Source: Burkholderiaceae bacterium
GTDB lineage: Bacteria > Pseudomonadota > Gammaproteobacteria > Burkholderiales > Burkholderiaceae_F
Assembly (NCBI GenBank): GCA_035454085.1
Contig: DAOTEJ010000003.1
Span: 19,352 to 83,351, forward strand
DNA: 64,000 bases
Direction of reading: 5' to 3'
Below the pieces are notes generated by a model. The model saw nothing but the letters and a program-made list of their open reading frames with translations. It had not been told where the DNA came from and made no database searches. Shown in pieces: positions 45,707 to 53,944 of this stretch (position 1 is its first letter; the number at the start of each line of letters is the position of its first letter). The position numbers were made by a program, and so were the translations under genes.

Positions 45707-45842
45707 CGCCGCGATTGCCCGATCCGGTGAGGCGCGGGCAACGGCGCGACGGGCGCAAGTCCGTCGCAGCCGCAAGGCGGTGCGTGGCGCAGCCGGCGTG
45801 GTCCGGCCAGTCATGCATAGGACAATCGTGGAAAGGCAGACA

Positions 45843-46046
45843 ATGGCAACTGGTACGGTCAAGTGGTTCAACGACGCGAAGGGCTACGGATTCATCACCC
45901 CGGACGACGGAGGCGAGGATCTCTTCGCGCACTTCTCGGCAATCCAGATGAATGGCTTCAAGACCCTCAAAGAGGGCCAGAAGGTTTCGTTCGAACTGGT
46001 GCAGGGTCCGAAGGGCAAGCAGGCCTCGAACATTCAGGCAGCCTGA
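45843..46046 (+). CDS. cspA: Cold-shock protein, CspA family
   Basis: Track ORF trimmed to ATG 45843: [34 protein letters not shown] (RNP1/RNP2). Confidence 0.95.
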   Translation: MATGTVKWFNDAKGYGFITPDDGGEDLFAHFSAIQMNGFKTLKEGQKVSFELVQGPKGKQASNIQAA

Positions 46047-46064
46047 GGGCCGGCCGGCTGAAAG

Positions 46065-46089
46065 AACCCCGCCTGCGCGGGGTTTTTTC
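46065..46089 (+). terminator. Rho-independent terminator after cspA
   Basis: CCCCGC-ctgc-GCGGGG followed by TTTTTT. Confidence 0.8.
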
Positions 46090-46126
46090 TTGCCTGCAGT
46101 CGGTAACGGGCGGCGAACCGGACAAG

Positions 46127-46154
46127 GAAAAAGGGGCGCCCGTGCGGCGCCCCT
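46127..46154 (-). terminator. Rho-independent terminator after icd
   Basis: Minus strand: GGGGCGCC-gcacg-GGCGCCCC followed by TTTTT. Confidence 0.75.
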
Positions 46155-46207
46155 CTCGATTTGCGGACCAGCCGGTCGGGCCACCGTCGGCAGCCCGCCA
46201 TGCTTGC

Positions 46208-47464
46208 TCAACTCATGTGGTCGATCATCACCTGGCCAAAGCCGGAGCAGCTGACCTGGGTGGCGCCCTCCATCAGGCGCGCGAAGTCGTAGGTCACCTT
46301 CTTGCTGGCGATGGACTTCTCCATCGAGCGGATGATCATGTCCGCCGCCTCGGTCCAGCCCATGTGACGCAGCATCATCTCGGCCGAGAGGATCTCGGAG
46401 CCCGGATTGACGTAGTCCTTGCCCGCGTACTTGGGTGCGGTGCCGTGCGTGGCTTCGAACATCGCCACCGAGTCCGAGAGGTTGGCGCCCGGGGCGATGC
46501 CGATGCCGCCCACCTGCGCGGCCAGCGCGTCGGACACGTAGTCGCCGTTGAGGTTGAGGGTGGCGATCACGTCGTACTCCGCCGGACGCAGCAGGATCTG
46601 CTGCAGGAAGGCGTCGGCGATGGCGTCCTTGATCACGATCTCGCGGCCGGTCCTGGGATTCTTGAACGAGCACCACGGGCCGCCGTCGATCAGCTGCGCG
46701 CCGAACTCCTTCTGCGCGAGCTCGTAGGCCCAGTCACGGAAACCGCCTTCCGTGTACTTCATGATGTTGCCCTTGTGCACGATGGTCACCGACTTGCGGT
46801 CGTTGTCGATCGCGTACTGGATCGCCTTGCGCACCAGGCGCTGCGTGCCCTCGCGCGAGACCGGCTTGATGCCGATGCCGCTGGTGGCGGGAAAGCGGAT
46901 CTTCTTGACGCCCATCTCGTTGATGAGGAAGTTGATCAGCTTCTTCGCGCCTTCGCTCTCGGCGGCCCACTCGATGCCGGCGTAGATGTCCTCCGAGTTC
47001 TCTCGGAAGATGACCATGTTGGTCTTCTCGGGCTCCTTCACGGGGCTGGGAACGCCCTTGAAGTACTGGATCGGGCGCAGGCAGACGTAAAGGTCGAGCT
47101 GCTGGCGCAGCGCCACGTTCAGGGAACGGATGCCACCGCCCACCGGGGTGGTGAGCGGCCCCTTGATCGAGACCACGTAGTCCTTGAGGACCTCGAGCGT
47201 CTCGTCCGGCAGCCACACGTCAGGACCGTAGATCTTGGTCGACTTCTCGCCCGCGTAGATCTCCATCCAGTGGATCTTGCGCTTGCCGCCGTAGGACTTG
47301 GCCACGGCGGCGTCGACCACCTTGATCATCACCGGGGTGATGTCGAAACCCGTTCCGTCACCCTCGATGTAGGGAATGATGGGGTTGTCGGGAACGGTCA
47401 ACGAAAAGTCAGGATTGACCGTGATCTTCTTGCCGTCCTGCGGCACCTTGATGTGCTGATACAT
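46208..47464 (-). CDS. icd: NADP-dependent isocitrate dehydrogenase
   Basis: Track ORF trimmed to ATG 47464: [44 protein letters not shown]. 418 aa, Icd-type throughout. Confidence 0.96.
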   Translation of the reverse strand: MYQHIKVPQDGKKITVNPDFSLTVPDNPIIPYIEGDGTGFDITPVMIKVVDAAVAKSYGGKRKIHWMEIYAGEKSTKIYGPDVWLPDETLEVLKDYVVSIKGPLTTPVGGGIRSLNVALRQQLDLYVCLRPIQYFKGVPSPVKEPEKTNMVIFRENSEDIYAGIEWAAESEGAKKLINFLINEMGVKKIRFPATSGIGIKPVSREGTQRLVRKAIQYAIDNDRKSVTIVHKGNIMKYTEGGFRDWAYELAQKEFGAQLIDGGPWCSFKNPRTGREIVIKDAIADAFLQQILLRPAEYDVIATLNLNGDYVSDALAAQVGGIGIAPGANLSDSVAMFEATHGTAPKYAGKDYVNPGSEILSAEMMLRHMGWTEAADMIIRSMEKSIASKKVTYDFARLMEGATQVSCSGFGQVMIDHMS

Positions 47465-47702
47465 CGGGTCTCCGTGTTTTGAGTGTGTCGAGCGCTGCGC
47501 CACGAGTCGGCGTGGAGCGTGCCGTGGCCATGTCGGGCCCTCCCCCGACTTGCCCTCCAAGTATCGAGTTTACCCATAGCGAGGCCTTGGCTTCACGCGC
47601 GTCAACCGGGTGGCCGCCCAGGGCGTTAACTGCCCAGACCCAACGAGGTCCGCCCTGGCGTCCGCGCCGGTCCAACGTGCAGCACCCCAAGAGGGAGAAA
47701 CC

Positions 47703-47924
47703 ATGAACAAGCTCGTCGCCATCCTGATCTCGGCCCTGTTTGCCTCGGCCGCCCTGGCCCAGACCACCCCGGCGCAGCCCGCCGCACCGGCGGCTCCGGC
47801 CGCGCCCGCCGCCAAGGCCGAAGCCAAGCCGGAAGCCAAGCCCGCCGCCAAGTCGGACAAGAAGGCCAAGACCGACAAGAAGGCCAAGAAGGACAAGGCC
47901 GCTGCCGACAAGCCGAAGCAGTAA
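47703..47924 (+). CDS. Small secreted Ala/Pro/Lys-rich low-complexity protein (hypothetical)
   Basis: Track ORF trimmed to ATG 47703 (GAGGGAGA SD). Signal peptide MNKLVAILISALFASAALAQ, then AAPAAPAAPAAKAEAKPEAKPAAKSDKKAKTDKKAKKDKAAADKPKQ. High GC3 and its own terminator. Confidence 0.72.
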   Translation: MNKLVAILISALFASAALAQTTPAQPAAPAAPAAPAAKAEAKPEAKPAAKSDKKAKTDKKAKKDKAAADKPKQ

Positions 47925-47941
47925 GTCTCTGCTGCAGAGCC

Positions 47942-47970
47942 GGGGGCAGGGTCATCCCTGCCCCTTTTTC
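47942..47970 (+). terminator. Rho-independent terminator after the small secreted protein gene
   Basis: GGGGGCAGGG-tcat-CCCTGCCCC followed by TTTTT. Confidence 0.8.
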
Positions 47971-48057
47971 TTGCCCGCGCCATTTGCCGGGTTGCCGCCG
48001 AGGCCGCTCCCGGAGCGGCCCTAGAATCAACCAAGCTCCGTACCGGCCTCTGTCGAA

Positions 48058-48498
48058 ATGAACCTGCGCTCCCTCGTTGCGGCTGCCGCGCTCGCCGCCA
48101 GCCTGCCCCTCGTCACCCTCGCCCAGGGAACGCTGCCCGTCATTCAGTTGCAGCTCGGCATGCACCTGGTGAAGGCGGAGGTGGCGGCCACCGACCCCCA
48201 CCGCACACGCGGCCTGATGTTCCGCGAGTCGATGCCGGCCAATCAGGGCATGGTCTTCCTGTTCGATGCCAAGACGCGGCAATGCATGTGGATGCGCAAC
48301 ACGCTGATCCCCCTGTCGGTGGCCTTCATCGACGACGACGGCAGCATCGTCAACATCGAGGACATGCAGCCGCACACCGACAATGCGCACTGTTCCTCGC
48401 GCCCCGTGCGCTACGCGCTCGAGATGAACAAGGGCTGGTTCGCCCAGCGGGCACTGGGGCCGGGCAGCAAGGTGCAGGGCCTGCCTACACCGCGCTGA
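48058..48498 (+). CDS. DUF192 domain-containing periplasmic protein
   Basis: Signal peptide, then KAEVAATDPHRTRGLMFRESMPANQGMVFLF...MWMRNTLIPLSVAFID, typical of DUF192. Confidence 0.85.
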   Translation: MNLRSLVAAAALAASLPLVTLAQGTLPVIQLQLGMHLVKAEVAATDPHRTRGLMFRESMPANQGMVFLFDAKTRQCMWMRNTLIPLSVAFIDDDGSIVNIEDMQPHTDNAHCSSRPVRYALEMNKGWFAQRALGPGSKVQGLPTPR

Positions 48499-48520
48499 GC
48501 TGCGCGCCACGCACGAAAGA

Positions 48521-48546
48521 CAAAGGGCCCCGAGGGGCCCTTGTTG
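48521..48546. terminator. Bidirectional terminator between DUF192 and sodB
   Basis: AAGGGCCCC-gag-GGGGCCCTT hairpin flanked by A-rich and T-rich sequence. Confidence 0.7.
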
Positions 48547-48563
48547 CTGGTGTCGCGCCCCGC

Positions 48564-49151
48564 TCAGGCGAAGTTCGCTGCCGCGAAGTCCCAGTTGACG
48601 AGCTTGTCGAGGAAGGTGCCGACGAAGTCCGGCCGGCGGTTGCGGAAGTCGATGTAGTAGGCGTGTTCCCACACGTCAATCGTCAGAAGGGGCTTGTCGG
48701 CCGTGGTCAGCGGCGTGGCGGCGTTGCTCGTGTTGACGATGTCGACCGAGCCGTCGGCCTTCTTCACGAGCCAGGTCCAGCCCGAGCCGAAGTTGCCCAC
48801 CGCGCTCTTGCCGAAGGCCTCCTTGAAGGCCTCGTAGGAGCCCCACTTGGCCGTGATCGCCGCGGCCAGCGCGCCCGCGGGTGCGCCGCCGCCGTTGGGC
48901 TTCATGCTCTTCCAGAAGAAGTCGTGGTTCCACACCTGGGCCGCGTTGTTGAACACGCCCCCCGAGGCCGTCTTGATGATCTCGACCAGCGGCTTGCCCC
49001 ACAGCTCGGTGTCGCGCGTCAGGTTGTTCAGGTTGGTGACGTAGGCCTGGTGATGCTTGCCGTAATGGAACTCCATCGTCTCCTTGGAGATGTGCGGCGC
49101 CAGCGCGTCGATCGCGTAAGGCAGCGGCGGGAGCGTGTGTTCTGCGTGCAT
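48564..49151 (-). CDS. sodB: Superoxide dismutase (Fe-type)
   Basis: [51 protein letters not shown]. Confidence 0.92.
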   Translation of the reverse strand: MHAEHTLPPLPYAIDALAPHISKETMEFHYGKHHQAYVTNLNNLTRDTELWGKPLVEIIKTASGGVFNNAAQVWNHDFFWKSMKPNGGGAPAGALAAAITAKWGSYEAFKEAFGKSAVGNFGSGWTWLVKKADGSVDIVNTSNAATPLTTADKPLLTIDVWEHAYYIDFRNRRPDFVGTFLDKLVNWDFAAANFA

Positions 49152-49201
49152 CGTCGTCTCCTGGTCGGTGACCGGAACTCGGGTTGGGAGGGAGCCGGAT
49201 T

Positions 49202-50569
49202 CTAGCCCTGCGCCTCAGGTGCTGGCGGCTCCACCGACTCGACCCGCGCACTCGCACCTCCCCGGGCAAACACCAGCCGCAGAGTGTCACCCTGTGCCAG
49301 CACCGCACTGCTGGTCACCGCGCGGCCGTGGGCGTCGAGCGCCAGGGCATAGCCGCGTGCGAGCACGGCCTGCGGGTCCAGCGCCTCGAGCCGCGCCCGC
49401 AGTGTTGCCAGGCGCTGCACGCGGGCCTGCACGAGGCGCTGTTGCGCGCCCGTCAGTCGTGCCGCGAGCGGTGCAAGCCGCGCGTCCCGAGCCTGCGGGC
49501 GGTGCCGATCCAGCCCCGCGCAGGCGCGCTCGAGGCGCAGCCGCGCGCTACCCAGCCGGCGTTCGAGCAGGGCCGTCGCAAGCGTTGCCAGGCGGCCCAC
49601 GCGGGCGTCCAGCCCCGCCAGCGGCGCGCGCGGCGCCGAGAGGGTTCGCACCGCATAGTCCAGTCTCTGCGCGGCTGCGGCCAAGGCGTGACCAAGCACC
49701 TGGCGCGCCCGCGCCAGCCTCGAAACCAGCTCCGCGCTCAGCGCCTCGGCCGGCGGCGTGGCCAGTTCCGCTGCGGCGGTGGGGGTCGGAGCGCGCAGGT
49801 CGGCGGCCAGATCGGCGATGGTCACGTCGGACTCGTGGCCGACGCCTACCACCACCGGCACACGACTGGCGCGGATCGCGCGCGCCACGACCTCCTCGTT
49901 GAAGGCCCAGAGGTCCTCGATCGATCCGCCGCCGCGCACCAGAAGCAGCACGTCGGCCTCGCGCCTCGCACTCGCCTCGGCCAGGGCCCGGGCGATGCGC
50001 GCCCCGGCTCCTGCCCCCTGCACCGGGCAGGGATAGACCACGACCCGGGCGTACGGCGCACGACGCGCCAGCGCGGTGAGCACGTCGCGCAGGGCGGCAG
50101 CCTGCAGGCTGGTGACCACTCCGACCGTCCAGGCCACCCGCGGCAGCGGCCGGCGCCGGTCGGCGTCGAACAGCCCCTCCGCCGCCAAGCGGTTGCGCAG
50201 GCGGACAAACTCCTCGTAGAGCCGGCCCTGACCCGCCCTGCGCATGAACTCGATGGTGAGTTGGAACTCGCCGCGCGCCTGGTAGAAGCTCACCGCGGCG
50301 CGCACTTCGACCTCGTCCCCCTCGCGCGGCGACCAGTCCAGCAGCATGTTGCGGCCGCGAAACATCACGGCGCGGACCTGGGCGGCATCGTCCTTCAGCA
50401 GGAAGTACCAATGTCCGCTGGCGGCGCGGGTCAGCGAGGCGATCTCGCCGCGAACCTCGACCAAGGGGAAGCTGCGCTCCAAGACCCCAGCAACGGCGCG
50501 GGATAGCTCGGATACCGTGAGCGCAGCCCGCGTGGATACGGGATCCGCGCCCCGAAAGTCCCGTGTCAT
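49202..50569 (-). CDS. xseA: Exodeoxyribonuclease VII large subunit XseA
   Basis: Track ORF trimmed to ATG 50569 (GGGAGG SD). [69 protein letters not shown]. Confidence 0.92.
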   Translation of the reverse strand: MTRDFRGADPVSTRAALTVSELSRAVAGVLERSFPLVEVRGEIASLTRAASGHWYFLLKDDAAQVRAVMFRGRNMLLDWSPREGDEVEVRAAVSFYQARGEFQLTIEFMRRAGQGRLYEEFVRLRNRLAAEGLFDADRRRPLPRVAWTVGVVTSLQAAALRDVLTALARRAPYARVVVYPCPVQGAGAGARIARALAEASARREADVLLLVRGGGSIEDLWAFNEEVVARAIRASRVPVVVGVGHESDVTIADLAADLRAPTPTAAAELATPPAEALSAELVSRLARARQVLGHALAAAAQRLDYAVRTLSAPRAPLAGLDARVGRLATLATALLERRLGSARLRLERACAGLDRHRPQARDARLAPLAARLTGAQQRLVQARVQRLATLRARLEALDPQAVLARGYALALDAHGRAVTSSAVLAQGDTLRLVFARGGASARVESVEPPAPEAQG

Positions 50570-50771
50570 GCGGCCTCCCGGGCCGTGCCTGTCCACAACT
50601 CCAGGATTGGCGCGGGTTTGCGGCTCATAACGGGCCGGGAACGCCGAAACACTGAGCCAACCCATTGATTAATAAAGAAATCGTTCAAGTGCTCACGCCC
50701 TGGGCACGGGGCAGAAATCCAATCGTGACAAGGATTTAGGCGTGTGACAGGGAGGTTGCCCACACACTTGT

Positions 50772-50786
50772 CCACAGACTCTGTGG
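50772..50786. promoter_or_regulatory. Perfect 7-1-7 palindrome upstream of exbB (candidate operator)
   Basis: CCACAGA-c-TCTGTGG. With flanks it reads TTGTCCACA on one strand and GTTTCCACA on the other, each one mismatch from the relaxed DnaA-box consensus TTWTNCACA. Confidence 0.3.
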
Positions 50787-50848
50787 AAACTTGCGACGCA
50801 CTCGCGCAGCACCTTACAGTGCCGTATCTGAGTTCTAGGAAGTCCGAG

Positions 50849-51451
50849 TTGCTCTCCATCGTCGCTGCCATCGGCTGGCCCATCTGGCCGCTGATACTCG
50901 CCTCCGTCGTCGCGCTGGCGCTCATCATCGAGCGCTCCCTGGCCCTGCGGCGGTCCCGGATACTACCCGCGGGCCTGCTGCCGGACGTACTGGCCCTGGT
51001 CGGTCGCAAGCAGGTCACGCCCGAGGTGGTCGACAAGCTCGAAGCCAACTCCTCGCTAGGCAGGGTGCTGTCGGCCGTGCTGCGTGGCAGCCCGGTAAAC
51101 CGCGCACTCGCGGTCCAGCAGGCCGAGGGCGCCGGTGCGGTGGTGGCCAACCAGTTGAGCCGCTACCTCACCCTGCTGGGCTCGATCGGCTCGATCGCGC
51201 CGCTGCTGGGGCTGCTGGGCACCGTGGTGGGCATGATCGAGATCTTCGCCTCGCAGCAGGCGGGCTCGGACCCGGCGCAGCTCGCCCACGGCATCTCGAT
51301 CGCGCTCTACTGCACGGCCTTCGGCATCATCGTGGCGGTCCCCTCGGTGCTCGCCAACCGCTACTTCCGCCGCCTGGTGGACGACTACCTGGTCGAGATC
51401 GAGGATCAGTCCCAGCGCCTGGTCGAGACCGTCTACGCCGGCGGGGCCTGA
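50849..51451 (+). CDS. exbB: MotA/TolQ/ExbB proton-channel family protein
   Basis: Track ORF 50744..51451. I prefer the in-frame TTG 50849 (AGGAAG SD 6 nt upstream), giving (M)LSIVAAIGWPIWPLILASVVALALIIER, the usual ExbB N-terminus. The 35 upstream residues are not ExbB-like. Confidence 0.82.
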   Translation: MLSIVAAIGWPIWPLILASVVALALIIERSLALRRSRILPAGLLPDVLALVGRKQVTPEVVDKLEANSSLGRVLSAVLRGSPVNRALAVQQAEGAGAVVANQLSRYLTLLGSIGSIAPLLGLLGTVVGMIEIFASQQAGSDPAQLAHGISIALYCTAFGIIVAVPSVLANRYFRRLVDDYLVEIEDQSQRLVETVYAGGA

Positions 51452-51454
51452 GCG

Positions 51455-51880
51455 ATGCGCTTTCGCCGTCCGATCGACGAGGAGCCGGAGATCAACCTGA
51501 TCCCGCTCATCGACGTGCTGCTGATCGTGCTGATCTTCCTGGCGATCACCACGACCTATTCGCGCTTCTCGGAACTCAAGATCACCCTGCCCAGCGCAGA
51601 GGCCACGCAGCCGCAGGATCGCCCGCGCGAACTCGGCGTGGCGGTCACGGCCGACGGGCGCTACGCGCTCGAGCGCAAGCTGCTGCCCTCGACCGACGTG
51701 AAGAGCCTGGCCGACACGCTGCGCGCCGCGGCCGACGGCCGCGAGGACGCGGTGATCGTGATCAACGCCGACGCCCAGGCACCCCACCAGGCCGTGATCA
51801 GCGTGATGGAGGCGGCCCGCCTCGCGGGGATCGTGCGCATCACCTTCGCCACCCAGCGACCGCCCGGCGCCAAGCGCTAG
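51455..51880 (+). CDS. exbD: ExbD/TolR biopolymer transport protein
   Basis: INLIPLIDVLLIVLIFL TM helix plus a periplasmic ExbD-like domain. Starts 3 nt after exbB. Confidence 0.88.
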   Translation: MRFRRPIDEEPEINLIPLIDVLLIVLIFLAITTTYSRFSELKITLPSAEATQPQDRPRELGVAVTADGRYALERKLLPSTDVKSLADTLRAAADGREDAVIVINADAQAPHQAVISVMEAARLAGIVRITFATQRPPGAKR

Positions 51881-51947
51881 GGCCTGGAGCGCACTCCTGG
51901 GCGCTGCCACCGAAGCCTGGCTGCTGCGCCAGTGGCGCAAGCGCGGC

Positions 51948-52940
51948 TTGCTGGCCTGGCTGCTCGCGCCGCTGGCCCTCGTCTTCCTGGCACTGACCCG
52001 CCTGCGCCGCCACCTGGTGCGCCCCGAGCGGCTGCCGTGCCCGGTGGTCGTGGTGGGCAACCTCTACGTCGGCGGCACCGGCAAGACGCCGACCACGCTC
52101 GCCCTGGTGCGCGCGCTTCAGGCGCGGGGCTGGCGGCCGGGCGTGATCGCCCGCGGCCACGGGCGCGACGCGGCGACCGCGCGCCTGGTACGTGTGGACG
52201 ACGATGCCCGCACCGCAGGTGACGAGCCCTTGCTGATCGCCCAGGAAAGCGGCGCACCGGTGGCGGTGGCCGCCCGCCGCATCGACGCCGCTCGCCTGCT
52301 GCTGGCAAGCCATCCCGAGTGCAACGTGCTGATCGCCGACGACGGGCTCCAGCACCTGGCCCTGGCGCGCGACTTCGAGATCGCCGTGATCGGTCCGCAG
52401 GGCCTGGGCAACGGCTGGGTGCTGCCGGCGGGGCCGCTGCGCGAGCCGCCCGGCCGGCTCGCCTCGGTCGATGCATTGGTGCTCAACGGGGCGCCGCCCC
52501 TGCCGGCATCTGCCGCTCGCCTGCCCCAGGCCTACGTGCTGGACGCGTCCCTGGGCCAGGCGCAGGCCCTGGGCGGCGGTCCGGGGCTGGCTTTGTCCGA
52601 GCTCGCGCAGCGCCAGCGCACTCAGGGCCTGCGCATCCTCGCCGCGGCAGGCATCGGCCTGCCCGAGCGCTTCTTTGCGATGCTGCGCGCCGCGGGTCTG
52701 GTGATCGACACGCTGCCCTTGCCCGACCACCACGACTACGCCCGCAATCCCTTCGCTGACCGCGCCGCCGATCTGGTGCTGATCACCGCGAAGGACGCCG
52801 TAAAATGCCGCGCTCGCCCCGAGATCGCCGCCGACCCCCGCGTGCATGTGGTGCCGCTCGTGGCGACGCTGGATTCCGCCCTGATCGGGCGCCTCGAAAC
52901 CCGCCTTCAGGAGACCGCGCGTGGACGCCCGTCTGCTTGA
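51948..52940 (+). CDS. lpxK: Tetraacyldisaccharide 4'-kinase LpxK (start codon uncertain, possibly CTG 51897)
   Basis: [16 protein letters not shown] Walker A, ARGHGR, DDGLQH. The first ATG/GTG/TTG in frame is TTG 51948, but LpxK-like residues (TEAWLLRQWRKRG) are encoded upstream in the same open frame. Confidence 0.85.
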   Translation: MLAWLLAPLALVFLALTRLRRHLVRPERLPCPVVVVGNLYVGGTGKTPTTLALVRALQARGWRPGVIARGHGRDAATARLVRVDDDARTAGDEPLLIAQESGAPVAVAARRIDAARLLLASHPECNVLIADDGLQHLALARDFEIAVIGPQGLGNGWVLPAGPLREPPGRLASVDALVLNGAPPLPASAARLPQAYVLDASLGQAQALGGGPGLALSELAQRQRTQGLRILAAAGIGLPERFFAMLRAAGLVIDTLPLPDHHDYARNPFADRAADLVLITAKDAVKCRARPEIAADPRVHVVPLVATLDSALIGRLETRLQETARGRPSA

Positions 52941-53103
52941 CCTGCTCGTCTGCCCCCTGTGCAAGGGGCCGCTCCAGTACCGCAAGGCCGAGCAGGAACT
53001 GGTCTGCCGCGCCGACCGCCTGGCCTATCCGATCCGCGACGGCATCCCGGTGATGCTCGAGTCCGAGGCCCGTCGCCTCGAAGACGCCGACGCCGCCGGC
53101 TGA
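52921..53103 (+). CDS. Trm112 family protein (UPF0434/YcaR-like)
   Basis: [14 protein letters not shown]...[14 protein letters not shown] start overlaps the lpxK 3' end by 20 nt. Confidence 0.85.
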   Translation: MDARLLDLLVCPLCKGPLQYRKAEQELVCRADRLAYPIRDGIPVMLESEARRLEDADAAG

Positions 53104-53109
53104 GGCGCG

Positions 53110-53886
53110 GTGGACGGCTTCGTCGCCATCGTCCCGGCACGGCTCGCCTCGACCCGCCTGCCACGCAAGCCGCTCGCCGACCTCGCGGGCAAGCCCATGG
53201 TGGTCAGGGTGGCCGAACGCGCGCAGGCCGCCGGCGCGCAGCGGGTGGTCGTGGCGACCGACGCCGACGAGATTGCCGCGGCCTGCGCGGCCCATGGCAT
53301 CGAGGCGGTGCTTACCTCTCCGGACCACCCGACCGGCACCGACCGCCTGGCCGAGGCGGCGCGCCGCCTGGGGCTCACGCCAGCAACCCGCGTGGTCAAC
53401 CTCCAGGGCGACGAGCCACTGATCCCCACCCAGGCCGTGCAGGCCGTGGCCGCGTTGCTGGCCGCGCGCCCCGACTGTGCGATCGCCACTGCCGCCCATC
53501 CGATCCACGACGCGGCCGAGTTCTTCAATCCCAACGTGGTCAAGGTGGTGCTCGACCGCGACGGACGGGCGCTGTACTTCTCGCGCGCCCCGCTGCCCTG
53601 GGCGCGCGACGCCTTTGCCACTGCGCGCGACGTGCTGCCGGCGGGCCTGCCCGCGCTGCGCCACGTGGGCCTGTATGCCTACCGCGTGGACTTCTTGCTG
53701 CGCTTCCCGACCCTGGCGCGCGCGCCGATCGAGGAGGCCGAGAGCCTCGAGCAGTTGCGCGCGCTGTGGCACGGCGAGCGCATTGCGGTGGCCGTGCTTG
53801 CCGGCGCCCTGCCCCCGGGCGTGGATACAACGGAAGACCTCGAGCGGGTCCGCGCCCTGCTTTGCCCGCCGCCGGGCGGTTGCTAG
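53110..53886 (+). CDS. kdsB: 3-deoxy-manno-octulosonate cytidylyltransferase KdsB
   Basis: [38 protein letters not shown] start 6 nt after the trm112 stop. Confidence 0.93.
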   Translation: MDGFVAIVPARLASTRLPRKPLADLAGKPMVVRVAERAQAAGAQRVVVATDADEIAAACAAHGIEAVLTSPDHPTGTDRLAEAARRLGLTPATRVVNLQGDEPLIPTQAVQAVAALLAARPDCAIATAAHPIHDAAEFFNPNVVKVVLDRDGRALYFSRAPLPWARDAFATARDVLPAGLPALRHVGLYAYRVDFLLRFPTLARAPIEEAESLEQLRALWHGERIAVAVLAGALPPGVDTTEDLERVRALLCPPPGGC

Positions 53887-53944
53887 ATTGCGCCGCGCAT
53901 CGGGCACGCCCGCAACGCGCCGCGCCCACCACCGGAGATCCGCC

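Noticed and set aside
50661-50689. Fur box upstream of exbB
   Set aside because: Alignment of TGATTAATAAAGAAATCGT to the 19-bp Fur consensus GATAATGATAATCATTATC gives too few matches. This exbBD copy sits in an LPS operon rather than an iron-uptake locus.
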